From NCBI GenBank assembly GCA_937989885.1, contig CALKBP010000035.1, positions 5,427 through 69,426 of the forward strand: a stretch of DNA of 64,000 nt, in the 5' to 3' direction. Source of the stretch: an uncultured Collinsella sp. Lineage in GTDB: Bacteria; Actinomycetota; Coriobacteriia; Coriobacteriales; Coriobacteriaceae. The notes beneath the pieces were generated by a model. It searched no databases. It saw nothing but the letters and a program-made list of their open reading frames with translations, and was not told the origin of the DNA. The translations under genes were made by a program, and so were the position numbers. Below are positions 8,252 to 17,271 of this stretch, in pieces. Positions within the stretch are counted from its first letter, which is position 1. Every line of letters begins with the position of its first letter.

Positions 8252-10033
8252 ATGACGAGCACCGGAATCGATGAGAAGTTCATGTGCGAGGCGCTGACGG
8301 AGGCGCGCGCAGCCGCTGCGGTGGGCGAGGTACCGATCGGTGCCGTAGTGGTGCGCGCGGGTGAGATCGTCGCGCGGGCGCATAATCGCCGCGAGCTCGA
8401 CCAGGACCCTTCGGCACATGCAGAGTTTGCGGCCCTATGCGCCGCCGCGCAGTCGCTCGGTCGTTGGCGCCTTTCCGATTGTACGGTCTACGTGACGCTT
8501 GAGCCCTGCTGCATGTGCGCGGGGCTTATGGTTAACGCGCGCGTGGGGCGCTGCGTGTACGGCGCGGCCGATGCTAAAGCGGGCGCTCTGGGGTCGCTAT
8601 ACGACCTCAATGCCGATTCGCGCCTGAACCATCGGTTTAATGTGACCGCCGGCGTGCTGGCAGAAGAGTGCCGCGCGGTGCTAAGTGGTTATTTTAGTGG
8701 GCTGCGTGGCGCCGATGGTGCTGGCCGCGGTTGTGGGGCCGATCTTGAGGCACATGCCGCTCATGCCGAGGCGCTCGCGTGTGTCGAAGATACTGCCGTT
8801 GAGGCGGTCGATTTTGGTGCCGCGTGCCGCCGGCCCCGCCGTGTGCTGCTGGCGATTGATTCCTTTAAGGGCAGCGTTTCGAGCGCGCAGGCGGAGGAGG
8901 CCGTTGCCGAAGGTGTGCGCCGCGTGTGGCCCGATGCCCAGGTAAGCGCGCTGCCGCTGGCGGATGGTGGCGAGGGAACGCTCGATGCCGTTGCCGCGTG
9001 CGGCGGTGAGGTCGTGGCATGTGAAGTCGCAGGCCCTCTGGGCGACTGTGTGTCTGCCCGGATGCTGGTGGACGGCGAGCACGAGTCGGCTGTAATCGAG
9101 ATGGCCGAGGCGGCGGGTATTGGGTATTCGCCTTGCACAGAGCCGGCGGCGTTGGCCGCTACGACCTATGGCGTGGGCGAGCTCATGCTTCGAGCGGTTC
9201 GTGCTGGGGCAAAGACTATCTATATTGGTCTGGGCGGCAGTGCCACCAACGACGGTGGCGCCGGCATGCTGCAGGCGCTGGGCGCGCGTGTGGTCGATGA
9301 TCAGGGCTGCGATGTCGCCCCTGGTCTCGCGGGGCTTGAGCAGGTGGCGAGTATCGATTTGGCACCGGCGCTTCGGGCGCTGAATAGCGCGCGTATCGTC
9401 GTGCTCTCTGATGTCGAGAACCCGCTCGTGGGGCGTCGTGGGGCACTTGCAGTGTTTGGCGGGCAAAAGGGCCTGCCGACAGACGATGTCGAAGCGCTGG
9501 GCAGGTACGACAGCTGGATGGTCGGCTACGGCCGCCTGCTCGATGCGGCGATTACCGGGGTGCGGGCTCAGGGGTTGTTGCGCGTGCCCGAGGGCGTGCG
9601 GACATTTGGCTCGGTGCTCGGCGTGCCTGGCGCGGGCGCGGCAGGTGGCTTGGGCGCCGCGCTGCTGGCGCTCGGTGCTGAGTTGCGTTCGGGCGTGGAG
9701 ACGGTGCTCGATCTGATTGGGTTTGACGAGCGCGTGCGCGATGTCGACCTGGTCATTACAGGCGAGGGCAACATGGACGAGCAATCCGCTGCCGGCAAGG
9801 CGCCGGTGGGCGTGGCCCGCCGTGCCAATCGCTATGGCAAGCCGGTAGTCGCCGTCGTGGGCGGTCGTGCGGATAATTTGGATGCGGTGTATGGTCAGGG
9901 CATCGACTTGGTCCTGCCGGTCTGCCGCAGGCCCATGCCTCTTGACCAAGCGCTCGACCCCCAGGAAGCCACAACCAACCTCATCTGCGCCGGTGAAGCA
10001 GCCGTCCGATCCTTCGACCTTGGCCGTATCTAA
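8252..10033 (+). CDS. tRNA-specific adenosine deaminase (TadA) domain continuous in-frame with glycerate kinase (GarK/GlxK family): fusion or unresolved overlap of two genes
   Basis: ATG at 8252 with RBS aggggagg. Residues 1-153 carry the CDA motifs HAEFAAL and LEPCCMCAG. After a ~40-aa linker, a complete glycerate kinase (LLAIDSFKGS, LPLADGGEGT, GLGGSATNDGGAGMLQALGARV, VITGEGNMDEQSAAGKAPVGVA). No stop codon between the two; a possible internal GTG lies at 8843. The ORF-track start at 8012 runs across the tRNA and is not credible. Confidence 0.6.
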   Translation: MTSTGIDEKFMCEALTEARAAAAVGEVPIGAVVVRAGEIVARAHNRRELDQDPSAHAEFAALCAAAQSLGRWRLSDCTVYVTLEPCCMCAGLMVNARVGRCVYGAADAKAGALGSLYDLNADSRLNHRFNVTAGVLAEECRAVLSGYFSGLRGADGAGRGCGADLEAHAAHAEALACVEDTAVEAVDFGAACRRPRRVLLAIDSFKGSVSSAQAEEAVAEGVRRVWPDAQVSALPLADGGEGTLDAVAACGGEVVACEVAGPLGDCVSARMLVDGEHESAVIEMAEAAGIGYSPCTEPAALAATTYGVGELMLRAVRAGAKTIYIGLGGSATNDGGAGMLQALGARVVDDQGCDVAPGLAGLEQVASIDLAPALRALNSARIVVLSDVENPLVGRRGALAVFGGQKGLPTDDVEALGRYDSWMVGYGRLLDAAITGVRAQGLLRVPEGVRTFGSVLGVPGAGAAGGLGAALLALGAELRSGVETVLDLIGFDERVRDVDLVITGEGNMDEQSAAGKAPVGVARRANRYGKPVVAVVGGRADNLDAVYGQGIDLVLPVCRRPMPLDQALDPQEATTNLICAGEAAVRSFDLGRI

Positions 10034-10051
10034 AACCCATTCCCTCGATAA

Positions 10052-10116
10052 GTTGCGGTGAAATACGGAGTGTTTTTGCCTTTAAGGTGCCAATTCAGTC
10101 CGTATTCCACCGCAAC
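10052..10116. repeat. Conserved hairpin element, family 1 (gttgcggtgaaatacgg ... ccgtattccaccgcaac), copy 1
   Basis: 18-bp perfect stem with a ~30-nt loop. Second copy at 30025-30088 with identical stems and flanks (agttgcgg / caacttcg) and a different loop. Both sit in convergent intergenic gaps. Confidence 0.7.
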
Positions 10117-10169
10117 TTCGAGAATGGCTATCCGAGGCTGACTGCCTTGGGTCTCGAGCCGGACCGCTT

Positions 10170-10329
10170 GCCACGAAATGCGGCCATCTACTACGTTTAG
10201 TCGAGCATCCTCGACTATCCCGGAATATGCGAAAATAAAACCGCAGGTAGACGACTTGCCGATTTTTGAAAAAGCCGGCTATGGTTGGCTCCTGCGGCTT
10301 AAACGTAGTAGATAGGCCCCTTTCGTGGC
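10170..10329. mobile_element. MITE-like element (~160 bp, ~28-bp terminal inverted repeats), copy A (inverted relative to copy B)
   Basis: Ends gccacgaaatgcggccatctactacgttt ... aaacgtagtagataggcccctttcgtggc. Internal core aaaaccgcaggtag (= ctacctgcggtttt on the other strand) and a small internal palindrome ccggctttttcaaaaatcgg. Near-identical to 37075-37234; related to 46651-46810. Confidence 0.7.
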
Positions 10330-10344
10330 ACAGCGTCAGACCAG

Positions 10345-10425
10345 TCCAATTGGGACGGGGCTTATTTGACCACTTGTCGATCTGATTGCCCAAGTAGTCA
10401 AAAAAGCCCCGTCCCAAATTAGCTA
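10345..10425. repeat. ~25-bp inverted repeat (ttgggacggggcttatttgaccacttg / caagtagtcaaaaaagccccgtcccaa)
   Basis: Read directly; lies between the MITE copy and the SRP RNA. Confidence 0.5.
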
Positions 10426-10461
10426 CCTTGCCCCATCGGGCTGGAGCGGGTAAGATATACC

Positions 10462-10586
10462 GAGCGCCTAGCGCGTTCGATGGGTTCGGATGACGACATG
10501 TTCCGAATCTGGTCAGGTCCGGAAGGAAGCAGCCATAAGGAGCCTCTGTCGGGCATCCGAATCCATCGAGCGCACGGGCGCTTTTT
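10462..10586 (+). ncRNA. ffs: Signal recognition particle RNA (small 4.5S-type SRP RNA)
   Basis: Contains the invariant domain IV sequence GGUCAGGUCCGGAAGGAAGCAGCC (24/24 identical to E. coli 4.5S RNA). Flanking arms pair as one long hairpin (gcgcctagcgcgttcgatgggttcggatg / catccgaatccatcgagcgcacgggcgc) followed by ttttt. Confidence 0.85.
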
Positions 10587-10599
10587 GGTGCCGCGACAT

Positions 10600-10694
10600 G
10601 GCCCGGCCGGCGACGAGGTATTTGGTGTCTCGCTGGTCCTCGGCTGCGCCTGCGGGATCGCTCGACTACCAAATACCTCGTCGCCGGCCGGGCC
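10600..10694. repeat. Perfect 27-bp inverted repeat with 41-nt spacer immediately downstream of ffs
   Basis: ggcccggccggcgacgaggtatttggt ... accaaatacctcgtcgccggccgggcc, read directly. Confidence 0.7.
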
Positions 10695-10913
10695 CCGTCG
10701 TCCAAAAATCACCCGTAAAGGCGCGTTTAGCTGAACAATTCAATCCCGTGCTTAGTGGCGCTCGCTGGCGTTGCCAAAACATTGGCTGCTACGTGCCTTG
10801 GGCGCTAGTGACCGTTGCCCTTACATCTGTAACGAGTTGCTTACGCATCCCCAGGGTTCGCCGTACTATCATGAATCAGATTGAATAGAGATGATGATAG
10901 GGAGCGCCTTTTT

Positions 10914-12755
10914 ATGATTGAGCTGCTCAGGCGTTTTGGTGGTAAGTTTCGCCGGTATATGGTGATTGGTCCTGCGTGCAAGTTGATCGAAGTAATCTTT
11001 GACCTGCTTACGCCGCTGGTGATTGCCCAGATGATTGATAGGGGCATCGGCGTGCACGATGTGAACGCTGTCGTCCACTACGGTATATTGCTTGCCGCCA
11101 TGGCCGTGATCGGCATCTCGTTTACGCTCGTCTGCCAAAAGATGGCGGCGCTGACCTCGCAGGGCATGGGCACCGACATTCGCGGTGCGCTCTACCAGCA
11201 CATCAACAAGCTGAGCTATGCTGAGCTCGATCGCTTTGGCACGCCGTCGCTCATCACGCGCATCACCAACGACGTCAATCAGGTGCAGCTCGCCGTGGCG
11301 CTGGGCGTGCGCATGCTTATCCGCTGGCCTTTCCTGGCGGTGGGCTCCATGGTTACGGCCCTCGCCATCGACCTTAAGCTCGGCATTATCTTTTTAATCT
11401 GCACGCCCGCCATCGGCCTGGTGTTTTGGTTTGTCATGGCGCGCTGCATTCCGTACTACAAGCAGCTGCAGGCAAAGCTCGACCGCATTGCGCTCATTTG
11501 CCGCGAGGGGCTTTCGGGCGCTCGTGTGGTCCGCGCGTTTGTGCGCGAGGATCACGAGCGCGAGCGTTTTGCCCAGGCGGCTGACGATCAGGCGCATGTC
11601 GCCATCGCGGTGGGCAAGCTCTCGTCGATTCTCAACCCCGTCACGTTTTTGGTGATGAACCTGGGCGTGTGCGCCATCCTGTGGGTGGGCGGCATCCAGG
11701 TGAATGTGGGCGAGCTCACGCAGGGCCAGGTCATGGCGTTTGTCAACTACATGACGCAGACGCTCACCTCCATCGTGTACGTCGCCAACCTGGTCGTGGT
11801 CTTTACCAAGGCGAGCGCCAGTGCGTCGCGTCTCAACGAGGTGCTCAATTGCGTGCCGAGCATCACCGACGAGGGCAACCAGCCGGTCGCGCTGCCCAAG
11901 CCGGGCAATGTCGCTCCCGTTCCTGCGCTGAGCTTGAGCCATGCGAGCTTCTCGTTTGGCGCCGGCGCGGCCAATGCTGTCAACGATGTGACGCTGGAAC
12001 TCCCACTGGGCAAAACGCTCGGCATTATCGGCGGCACGGGCAGTGGTAAGTCCACGCTCGTCTCGCTCATTCCGCGCCTGTACGATGCGGGTACCGGCAG
12101 CGTGAGCGTAATGGGTGCCGACGTGCGCACCTGGCTGCTCGACCAGCTGCGCCACGTGGTCGCGACCGTCCCGCAGCGCGCGTCGCTGGTGAGCGGCACC
12201 ATTCGCAGCAACCTGACCTGGCGCGACGAGTCGGCGACCGACGAGGAGCTCTGGGCGGCGCTCGATATGGCGCAGGCCAGCGAGTTCGTGCGCAACAAGC
12301 CGCAGGGCTTGGATGCCCCGGTCGAGGCGGGCGGCAAGAACTTCAGCGGTGGTCAGCGTCAGCGCCTGACCATTGCGCGTGCCCTAGTGGGCTCGCCGCA
12401 GGTTCTGATCATGGACGATTCCGCCTCGGCGCTCGACTTTAAGACCGATGCGGCGCTTCGCCACGCCATCCGCGAGCGCAGCGTGCGCGGCGCCGCCGAG
12501 GGCGGGCTGCCGCTGACGACCGTCATCGTGAGCCAGCGCGTCTCGACCGTGCGCGATGCCGACATGATCTGTGTGCTCGATCACGGTTCGGTTGCGGGCC
12601 TGGGTACGCACGACGAGCTGTACGCAAGCTGCCAGCTCTACCGCGAGATTTGCCAGTCGCAGCTCCGCCGTGAGGAGCTCGAGGGCCAGCAGGGGAGTGC
12701 GACGCCCGCTTCGGACTCCGCCCCTGCATCCACCCGCGCAAAGGAGGGCTGCTAA
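10914..12755 (+). CDS. ABC transporter ATP-binding protein/permease (exporter; first of a pair)
   Basis: TM domain followed by Walker A GGTGSGKST, signature FSGGQRQRLTIARAL, Walker B VLIMDDSASALD. ATG at 10914 after gatagggagcgcc. Confidence 0.8.
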   Translation: MIELLRRFGGKFRRYMVIGPACKLIEVIFDLLTPLVIAQMIDRGIGVHDVNAVVHYGILLAAMAVIGISFTLVCQKMAALTSQGMGTDIRGALYQHINKLSYAELDRFGTPSLITRITNDVNQVQLAVALGVRMLIRWPFLAVGSMVTALAIDLKLGIIFLICTPAIGLVFWFVMARCIPYYKQLQAKLDRIALICREGLSGARVVRAFVREDHERERFAQAADDQAHVAIAVGKLSSILNPVTFLVMNLGVCAILWVGGIQVNVGELTQGQVMAFVNYMTQTLTSIVYVANLVVVFTKASASASRLNEVLNCVPSITDEGNQPVALPKPGNVAPVPALSLSHASFSFGAGAANAVNDVTLELPLGKTLGIIGGTGSGKSTLVSLIPRLYDAGTGSVSVMGADVRTWLLDQLRHVVATVPQRASLVSGTIRSNLTWRDESATDEELWAALDMAQASEFVRNKPQGLDAPVEAGGKNFSGGQRQRLTIARALVGSPQVLIMDDSASALDFKTDAALRHAIRERSVRGAAEGGLPLTTVIVSQRVSTVRDADMICVLDHGSVAGLGTHDELYASCQLYREICQSQLRREELEGQQGSATPASDSAPASTRAKEGC

Positions 12756-14615
12756 ATGAATCCGTATACTTCTTCCGGTTCGGTCGCCACGATGACGGCC
12801 AACGTGTCCGGTAATGATAACCTCAACGACCTGGACGACGGCCCACGCCAGCCCGGCGACCCTGAGCGCTATCCCGTGGGCGCGGTGACCCGCCGCCTGC
12901 TGGGCTATGTTCGCCCGCACCGCGTCTCGTTTGCGGCGTCGTTTGTGAGCGCCGCCATCTCGGTGATCTTGCAACTCTATACGCCCATCCTCATCGGCGA
13001 GGGCATCGACCTCATCGTCGCCGCCGGGCGGGTGGACTTCGACGCGCTGCTGCCGCTTGTCACCAAGCTCGCAATTGTCGTCGTAGGCGCTGCGGCCTTC
13101 CAGTGGCTGCAGGGCTACTGCGTTAACCGCCTGTCCTACGAGACGGTGCGCGACATGCGCGTGGAGGCGAGCGACAAGCTCAGCCGCATGCCGCTCAGCT
13201 TTATCGACAGCCATGCCCACGGCGACCTTATGAGCCGCGTGGTCAACGATGTCGACCAGGTTGGCGATGGCTTGCTGCAAGGCTTCACGCAACTCTTTAC
13301 CGGTGTTATCACCATCGTTGGCACGCTCGCGTTTATGCTCTCCATTAACCTGACCATGACGCTCGTGGTGGTGCTCGTCACGCCGCTTTCCATCTTTGCA
13401 GCCGGCGCCATCGCCAAGCTTTCTAACAAAAGCTTTACGGCCCAGCAGCGTATTCAAGGGCAGCTCGGTGGTCATATCGAGGAGTACGTGGGCGAGCAGA
13501 AGCTTGTCGACGCCTTTGCCTACGGCCCCAACGCCCAGCAGCGCTTCGATGCCCTCAATGCCGAGCTCTACACCGCGGGCGAGCGCGCGCAGTTTATGGG
13601 TTCGCTCTCCAACCCCGGCACGCGCTTTATCAACAACATCATCTATGCCGTGGTCGCTGTGATCGGCTGCGTGGGCGTGATCACGGGCGTGCCCGCGGCG
13701 CTTACGGTGGGCGGCGTGCAGATCTTCCTGTCCTATGCCAACCAGTACACCAAGCCGTTCAACGAGGTCACCAACGTCATTACGCAGATCCAGACCGCGT
13801 ACGCCTCGGCGCGCCGCATGTTTGCGCTGCTCGATGCGCGCGAGCAGGAGCCCGATGCGCCGGATGCCGTGGAACTTGCCGCCCCGAAGGGCGAGGTTTC
13901 GTTTGAGCATGTGGACTTTAGCTATGTGCCCGACCGCAAACTGCTGCAGGACATCTGCATCGAGGCCAAGCCCGGCATGCGCTTTGCCCTGGTCGGCCCC
14001 ACGGGCTGTGGCAAGACGACGCTCATCAATTTGCTACTGCGTTTTTACGATATCGATGCCGGTCGCATTGCGGTCGATGGTCGTTCCTCGCGTGACTACA
14101 CGCGCGCAAGCCTGCGCCGCGCCTTTGGCATGGTGCTGCAGGACACTTGGCTGTTCGAGGGCACGGTGGCGGAAAACATCGCCTACGGCTGTCCCGACGC
14201 CACGCGCGAGCAGGTTATCGAAGCTGCCAAGCGCGCGCATGCGCACAAGTTTATCGTGCAGCTGCCAGGCGGCTACGATACGGTCATCGGCGAGGACGGC
14301 GGCACGTTTAGCCAGGGTCAAAAACAGCTGCTGTGCATCGCGCGCGTCATGCTCACTGACCCGGCGATTTTGCTGCTGGACGAGGCAACGTCGAGCATCG
14401 ATACACGTACCGAGCTGCAGGTGCAGGCGGCATTCGATGAGCTCATGGCCGGTCGCACAAGCTTTGTCGTGGCGCACCGCCTGAGCACCATCCGCAACGC
14501 CGACTGCATTCTGGTGATGCGCGACGGCCAGATTATCGAGCGCGGCACGCACGACGAGCTGCTAGTGGCAGACGGCTTCTACGCCGAGCTCTACCGCAGC
14601 CAATTCGCCCAGTGA
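12756..14615 (+). CDS. ABC transporter ATP-binding protein/permease (exporter; second of the pair)
   Basis: ATG immediately after the taa of the upstream gene. Walker A GPTGCGKTT, signature FSQGQKQLLCIARVML, Walker B ILLLDEATSSID. Confidence 0.8.
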   Translation: MNPYTSSGSVATMTANVSGNDNLNDLDDGPRQPGDPERYPVGAVTRRLLGYVRPHRVSFAASFVSAAISVILQLYTPILIGEGIDLIVAAGRVDFDALLPLVTKLAIVVVGAAAFQWLQGYCVNRLSYETVRDMRVEASDKLSRMPLSFIDSHAHGDLMSRVVNDVDQVGDGLLQGFTQLFTGVITIVGTLAFMLSINLTMTLVVVLVTPLSIFAAGAIAKLSNKSFTAQQRIQGQLGGHIEEYVGEQKLVDAFAYGPNAQQRFDALNAELYTAGERAQFMGSLSNPGTRFINNIIYAVVAVIGCVGVITGVPAALTVGGVQIFLSYANQYTKPFNEVTNVITQIQTAYASARRMFALLDAREQEPDAPDAVELAAPKGEVSFEHVDFSYVPDRKLLQDICIEAKPGMRFALVGPTGCGKTTLINLLLRFYDIDAGRIAVDGRSSRDYTRASLRRAFGMVLQDTWLFEGTVAENIAYGCPDATREQVIEAAKRAHAHKFIVQLPGGYDTVIGEDGGTFSQGQKQLLCIARVMLTDPAILLLDEATSSIDTRTELQVQAAFDELMAGRTSFVVAHRLSTIRNADCILVMRDGQIIERGTHDELLVADGFYAELYRSQFAQ

Positions 14616-14642
14616 GCAAGACGCGGGACATGTAACGCAGCG

Positions 14643-15908
14643 CTAGGGCGCGAGCGTGTCAACGGGGGCAACGATGATGCCCTCGGGCGTTGTGTGGACC
14701 GGCATGCCGAACCCGATGACGATGAGTTTGGCCGCGGGAGGCCTCTCGCCGCGTTCGACCAGCTTGCGCTCGAGTCGAAGCAGGTTTGCAGACGCCTCGG
14801 GGATCTGCGGGCTTCCGAGTTTTACTTCCACGGCAATCCAAGTTCCATCGCGCCTGTGTATAACGGCATCGACCTCGAGATCGTCGGCGTCGTGGTAGTG
14901 GGACACCGATGAGTCATTTGCGGCGGCATAGACCTTAAGGTCGTGCAGGACGAGGGATTCGAAGAGCAGCCCCAGTGTCTTCGGGTCGGATGCCAATGAC
15001 TCCGGATTTGCTCCGAGCAGCGCAACGGCAAGCGAAGGGTCGGCGAGGTGCCTTTTCGCACTTTGCCGCAGCTTTACCGGCGACCTGAGCGCCGGATGCC
15101 AAGCCGGGATATCGTCGATGATATTGATTCGTCTCAGAGCATCCATGTATCTGGAGACCGAATTCTTCGAAACGCCGGTACCGATATCTTTATCGATGGA
15201 CTTCGATCCAGCAAGTGTCGACTCATTTCGCGCAAGCGATGTCAAAAGAGACCTGACCTTGACCGGATCACGTTTGACGCCGTCAGTTCTAGAAACATCC
15301 GATTCGCATACGCCATCAACATAAGCAGCGGCAATCCGCATAGCATTTTCAGTTGTTTTCCCCATCGCTTGAGGCCAACCACCGCGACACAGCAAATCGG
15401 CGATGCCGGCGACACCAGCGATCGATCCGACCGCCTGCTTGGCGGGGTGGCCGGAAAGCAGCGCTCTAATCGAAGCCGCGCCCGAAGAAACGCCGAGCTC
15501 AAACAGCGTCATGGTATCCATTCGCAATCTAGCTATTCGCCCAACGCCGCTATGCATTGGCTGCTTCGAATCTTGCGGCGTTGCTGAGCCCGTAAGAATA
15601 AACTGTCCGGATTCTCCCTGTCTTGCGTCACACTCGAAACGTATGGCATCCCATAGTTTTGGTTCTTCCTGCCATTCGTCGATGAGTCTAGGCGACGGTC
15701 CTGCTATTGCCTGCGCTGGGTCGATCCGAGCCAACTGGAGAGCGGAAAAATTTCCAGCCGGATCGGAAAGAGACAAGGATGATTTGGCAAAACGTCTGGC
15801 CGTAGTGGTCTTTCCGCACCACTTCGGGCCTTGAATGAGAACCGCACCGAAGATATCGAGATTATGCCTGATTGCCTTGTCGATGCATCTGTCTACATAC
15901 CTATCCAT
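14643..15908 (-). CDS. AAA+ ATPase fused to a C-terminal PD-(D/E)xK-like domain (COG1373 / AAA_14 + DUF4143 architecture), paralog 1
   Basis: Walker A LIQGPKWCGKTT near the N-terminus. C-terminal LEVDAVIHRRDGTWIAVEVKLG matches a D...E-V-K nuclease-like motif. Same architecture as the genes at 48312 and 52281. Confidence 0.7.
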   Translation of the reverse strand: MDRYVDRCIDKAIRHNLDIFGAVLIQGPKWCGKTTTARRFAKSSLSLSDPAGNFSALQLARIDPAQAIAGPSPRLIDEWQEEPKLWDAIRFECDARQGESGQFILTGSATPQDSKQPMHSGVGRIARLRMDTMTLFELGVSSGAASIRALLSGHPAKQAVGSIAGVAGIADLLCRGGWPQAMGKTTENAMRIAAAYVDGVCESDVSRTDGVKRDPVKVRSLLTSLARNESTLAGSKSIDKDIGTGVSKNSVSRYMDALRRINIIDDIPAWHPALRSPVKLRQSAKRHLADPSLAVALLGANPESLASDPKTLGLLFESLVLHDLKVYAAANDSSVSHYHDADDLEVDAVIHRRDGTWIAVEVKLGSPQIPEASANLLRLERKLVERGERPPAAKLIVIGFGMPVHTTPEGIIVAPVDTLAP

Positions 15909-15954
15909 ACCGTCACCTTCTCAACTTGCCTTGATTATGTATTTTACCAGCTGC

Positions 15955-16045
15955 GTGGTGACGATTGACGGTAATCTGTGGTGACGATTGATTACGAACT
16001 ATGGTGACGATTGGCGGGTATCTGTGGTGACGGTTGTCATCGATT
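15955..16045. promoter_or_regulatory. Four direct repeats of tggtgacgattg at ~22-25-bp spacing, upstream of the AAA+/nuclease gene start (15908)
   Basis: gcgtggtgacgattgacgg / tgtggtgacgattgattac / tatggtgacgattggcggg / tgtggtgacggttgtcatcgattc, read directly. Confidence 0.5.
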
Positions 16046-16240
16046 CGGGGCATAGGGCAGCTTAGCTGTCTCAAAGCTTATAGATTTCGGGGCTTACACC
16101 GCGGACGTTTTGCCCCCATCGGTGTCGCCCATGTCGCCAATCGACAGACGGTGGTTTACATCTGTCACGTTAGTACTAAGATATTCATCTAATAAATTGC
16201 ATTAGTGGCTTTAGTTTTGGGGGAAACGAGCAACGTGACT

Positions 16241-16792
16241 ATGACATGCTCTTTGGTGGTCAACAGCAAGAGCGGTAATACCAGGATGGTTTCGGGCGCG
16301 ATCAAGCGTGCCCTACAGGCTGCGGGCGTTGAGTTTGTCCATGCCGCGGCGTTGAGCGACGATGCGGATGCAGATCAGGTTGCGCTCGAGGCGCAGGGCG
16401 CCTGCGCGGCCGACACGGTGCTCGTCGGTTTTTGGTGCGACAAGGGCGCGTGCACGCCTTCGGTTGCCGCGCTGCTCTCCGCTCTGCACGGCAAGCGCGT
16501 TTTCCTCTTTGGTACCTGCGGTTTTGGCGCCGACCAGAGCTATTATCAGCAGATTATCGATCGCGTGTCGTCCAATTTGGCAGAGGATGCCGAGCTTGCG
16601 GGCTGGGCGATGTGCCAGGGCAAGATGGGCCCCGCGGTCAAGCAGCGTTACGAGGCCATGCTCGAGCAAGATCCCGACAATGCCCGTTTTAAGATGCTGC
16701 TCGACAACTGGGTAGCCGCAAAGGATCACCCCACCAAGGAGGATCTGGACAACATGGCGATGGCGGCCAAGAAGGCCGTTCTGGGGGAGTAG
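16241..16792 (+). CDS. Flavodoxin-like fold family protein
   Basis: N-terminal MTCSLVVNSKSGNTRMVSGAIKRAL resembles the flavodoxin phosphate-binding loop (SxTGNT); size ~180 aa. Assignment from a weak motif only. Confidence 0.45.
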   Translation: MTCSLVVNSKSGNTRMVSGAIKRALQAAGVEFVHAAALSDDADADQVALEAQGACAADTVLVGFWCDKGACTPSVAALLSALHGKRVFLFGTCGFGADQSYYQQIIDRVSSNLAEDAELAGWAMCQGKMGPAVKQRYEAMLEQDPDNARFKMLLDNWVAAKDHPTKEDLDNMAMAAKKAVLGE

Positions 16793-16879
16793 GTCCATCT
16801 TCTAAATGCAATGCCCTCCCGGGTGGCGGCCCTTTATCGATGGAAGGCCTCATAAGCTGAAGTTCAATCCCCGGGATGC

Positions 16880-17125
16880 GTCCAGAGTGGGACGTGCTTT
16901 CCCGATGGGTGGGGTTTCGGAAAGTGGGGACTGGATTTTGAGCCTAGAGTGGGACATGCTTTCCCAAAGGCCGCTCAACGGGAAACCGCATCCCACTATT
17001 AGCCCGAGAAACGGGATGCACTTTCCCAAAGAGAGCCAACGGGAAACTACGTCCCACAATCAGCTTCCAAAGTGGGACACACTTTCCCGTTGAGGGTTGT
17101 TCCGGAAAGTGCATCCCGGAAATGG
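16880..17125. repeat. BIME-like array of ~15-bp palindromic units (GGGAYRYGCWTTCCC) in alternating orientation at a ~32-bp period, upstream of the giant surface-protein gene
   Basis: agtgggacgtgctttccc, agtgggacatgctttccc, gggaaaccgcatcccact, gggatgcactttccc, gggaaactacgtcccaca, agtgggacacactttccc, ggaaagtgcatcccgg. The related array downstream of the same gene is at 21447-21590. Confidence 0.65.
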
Positions 17126-17165
17126 GCTTTGAGCTTGGACGATGCTCCCCCAGTACCTCCGCTTT

Positions 17166-17245
17166 TAAAAATGAGACACGCCGTTGGCGAAAATGAGACA
17201 CGTGATATCGGGCATCGGATGTATCATTTGCAAAAATGAGTCCAC
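17166..17245. promoter_or_regulatory. Three direct repeats aaaatgagacacg / aaaatgagacacg / aaaatgagtccac in the promoter region of the surface-protein gene
   Basis: Read directly; ends ~25 bp before the ATG at 17272. Confidence 0.4.
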
Positions 17246-17271
17246 TCCACTCGAATAAAGCGAGGTCCCTC

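Noticed and set aside
10082-10705. 207-aa minus-strand ORF and 10490-10888 plus-strand ORF
   Set aside because: They cover the MITE, palindromes and the SRP RNA; translation products are repeat-derived.
15955-17125. Possible CRISPR arrays at the short repeat clusters (15955-16045, 16880-17125, 48212-48292)
   Set aside because: Repeat units are only 12-18 bp, spacing is irregular or alternating in orientation, 'spacers' are partly conserved, and no cas genes are present.
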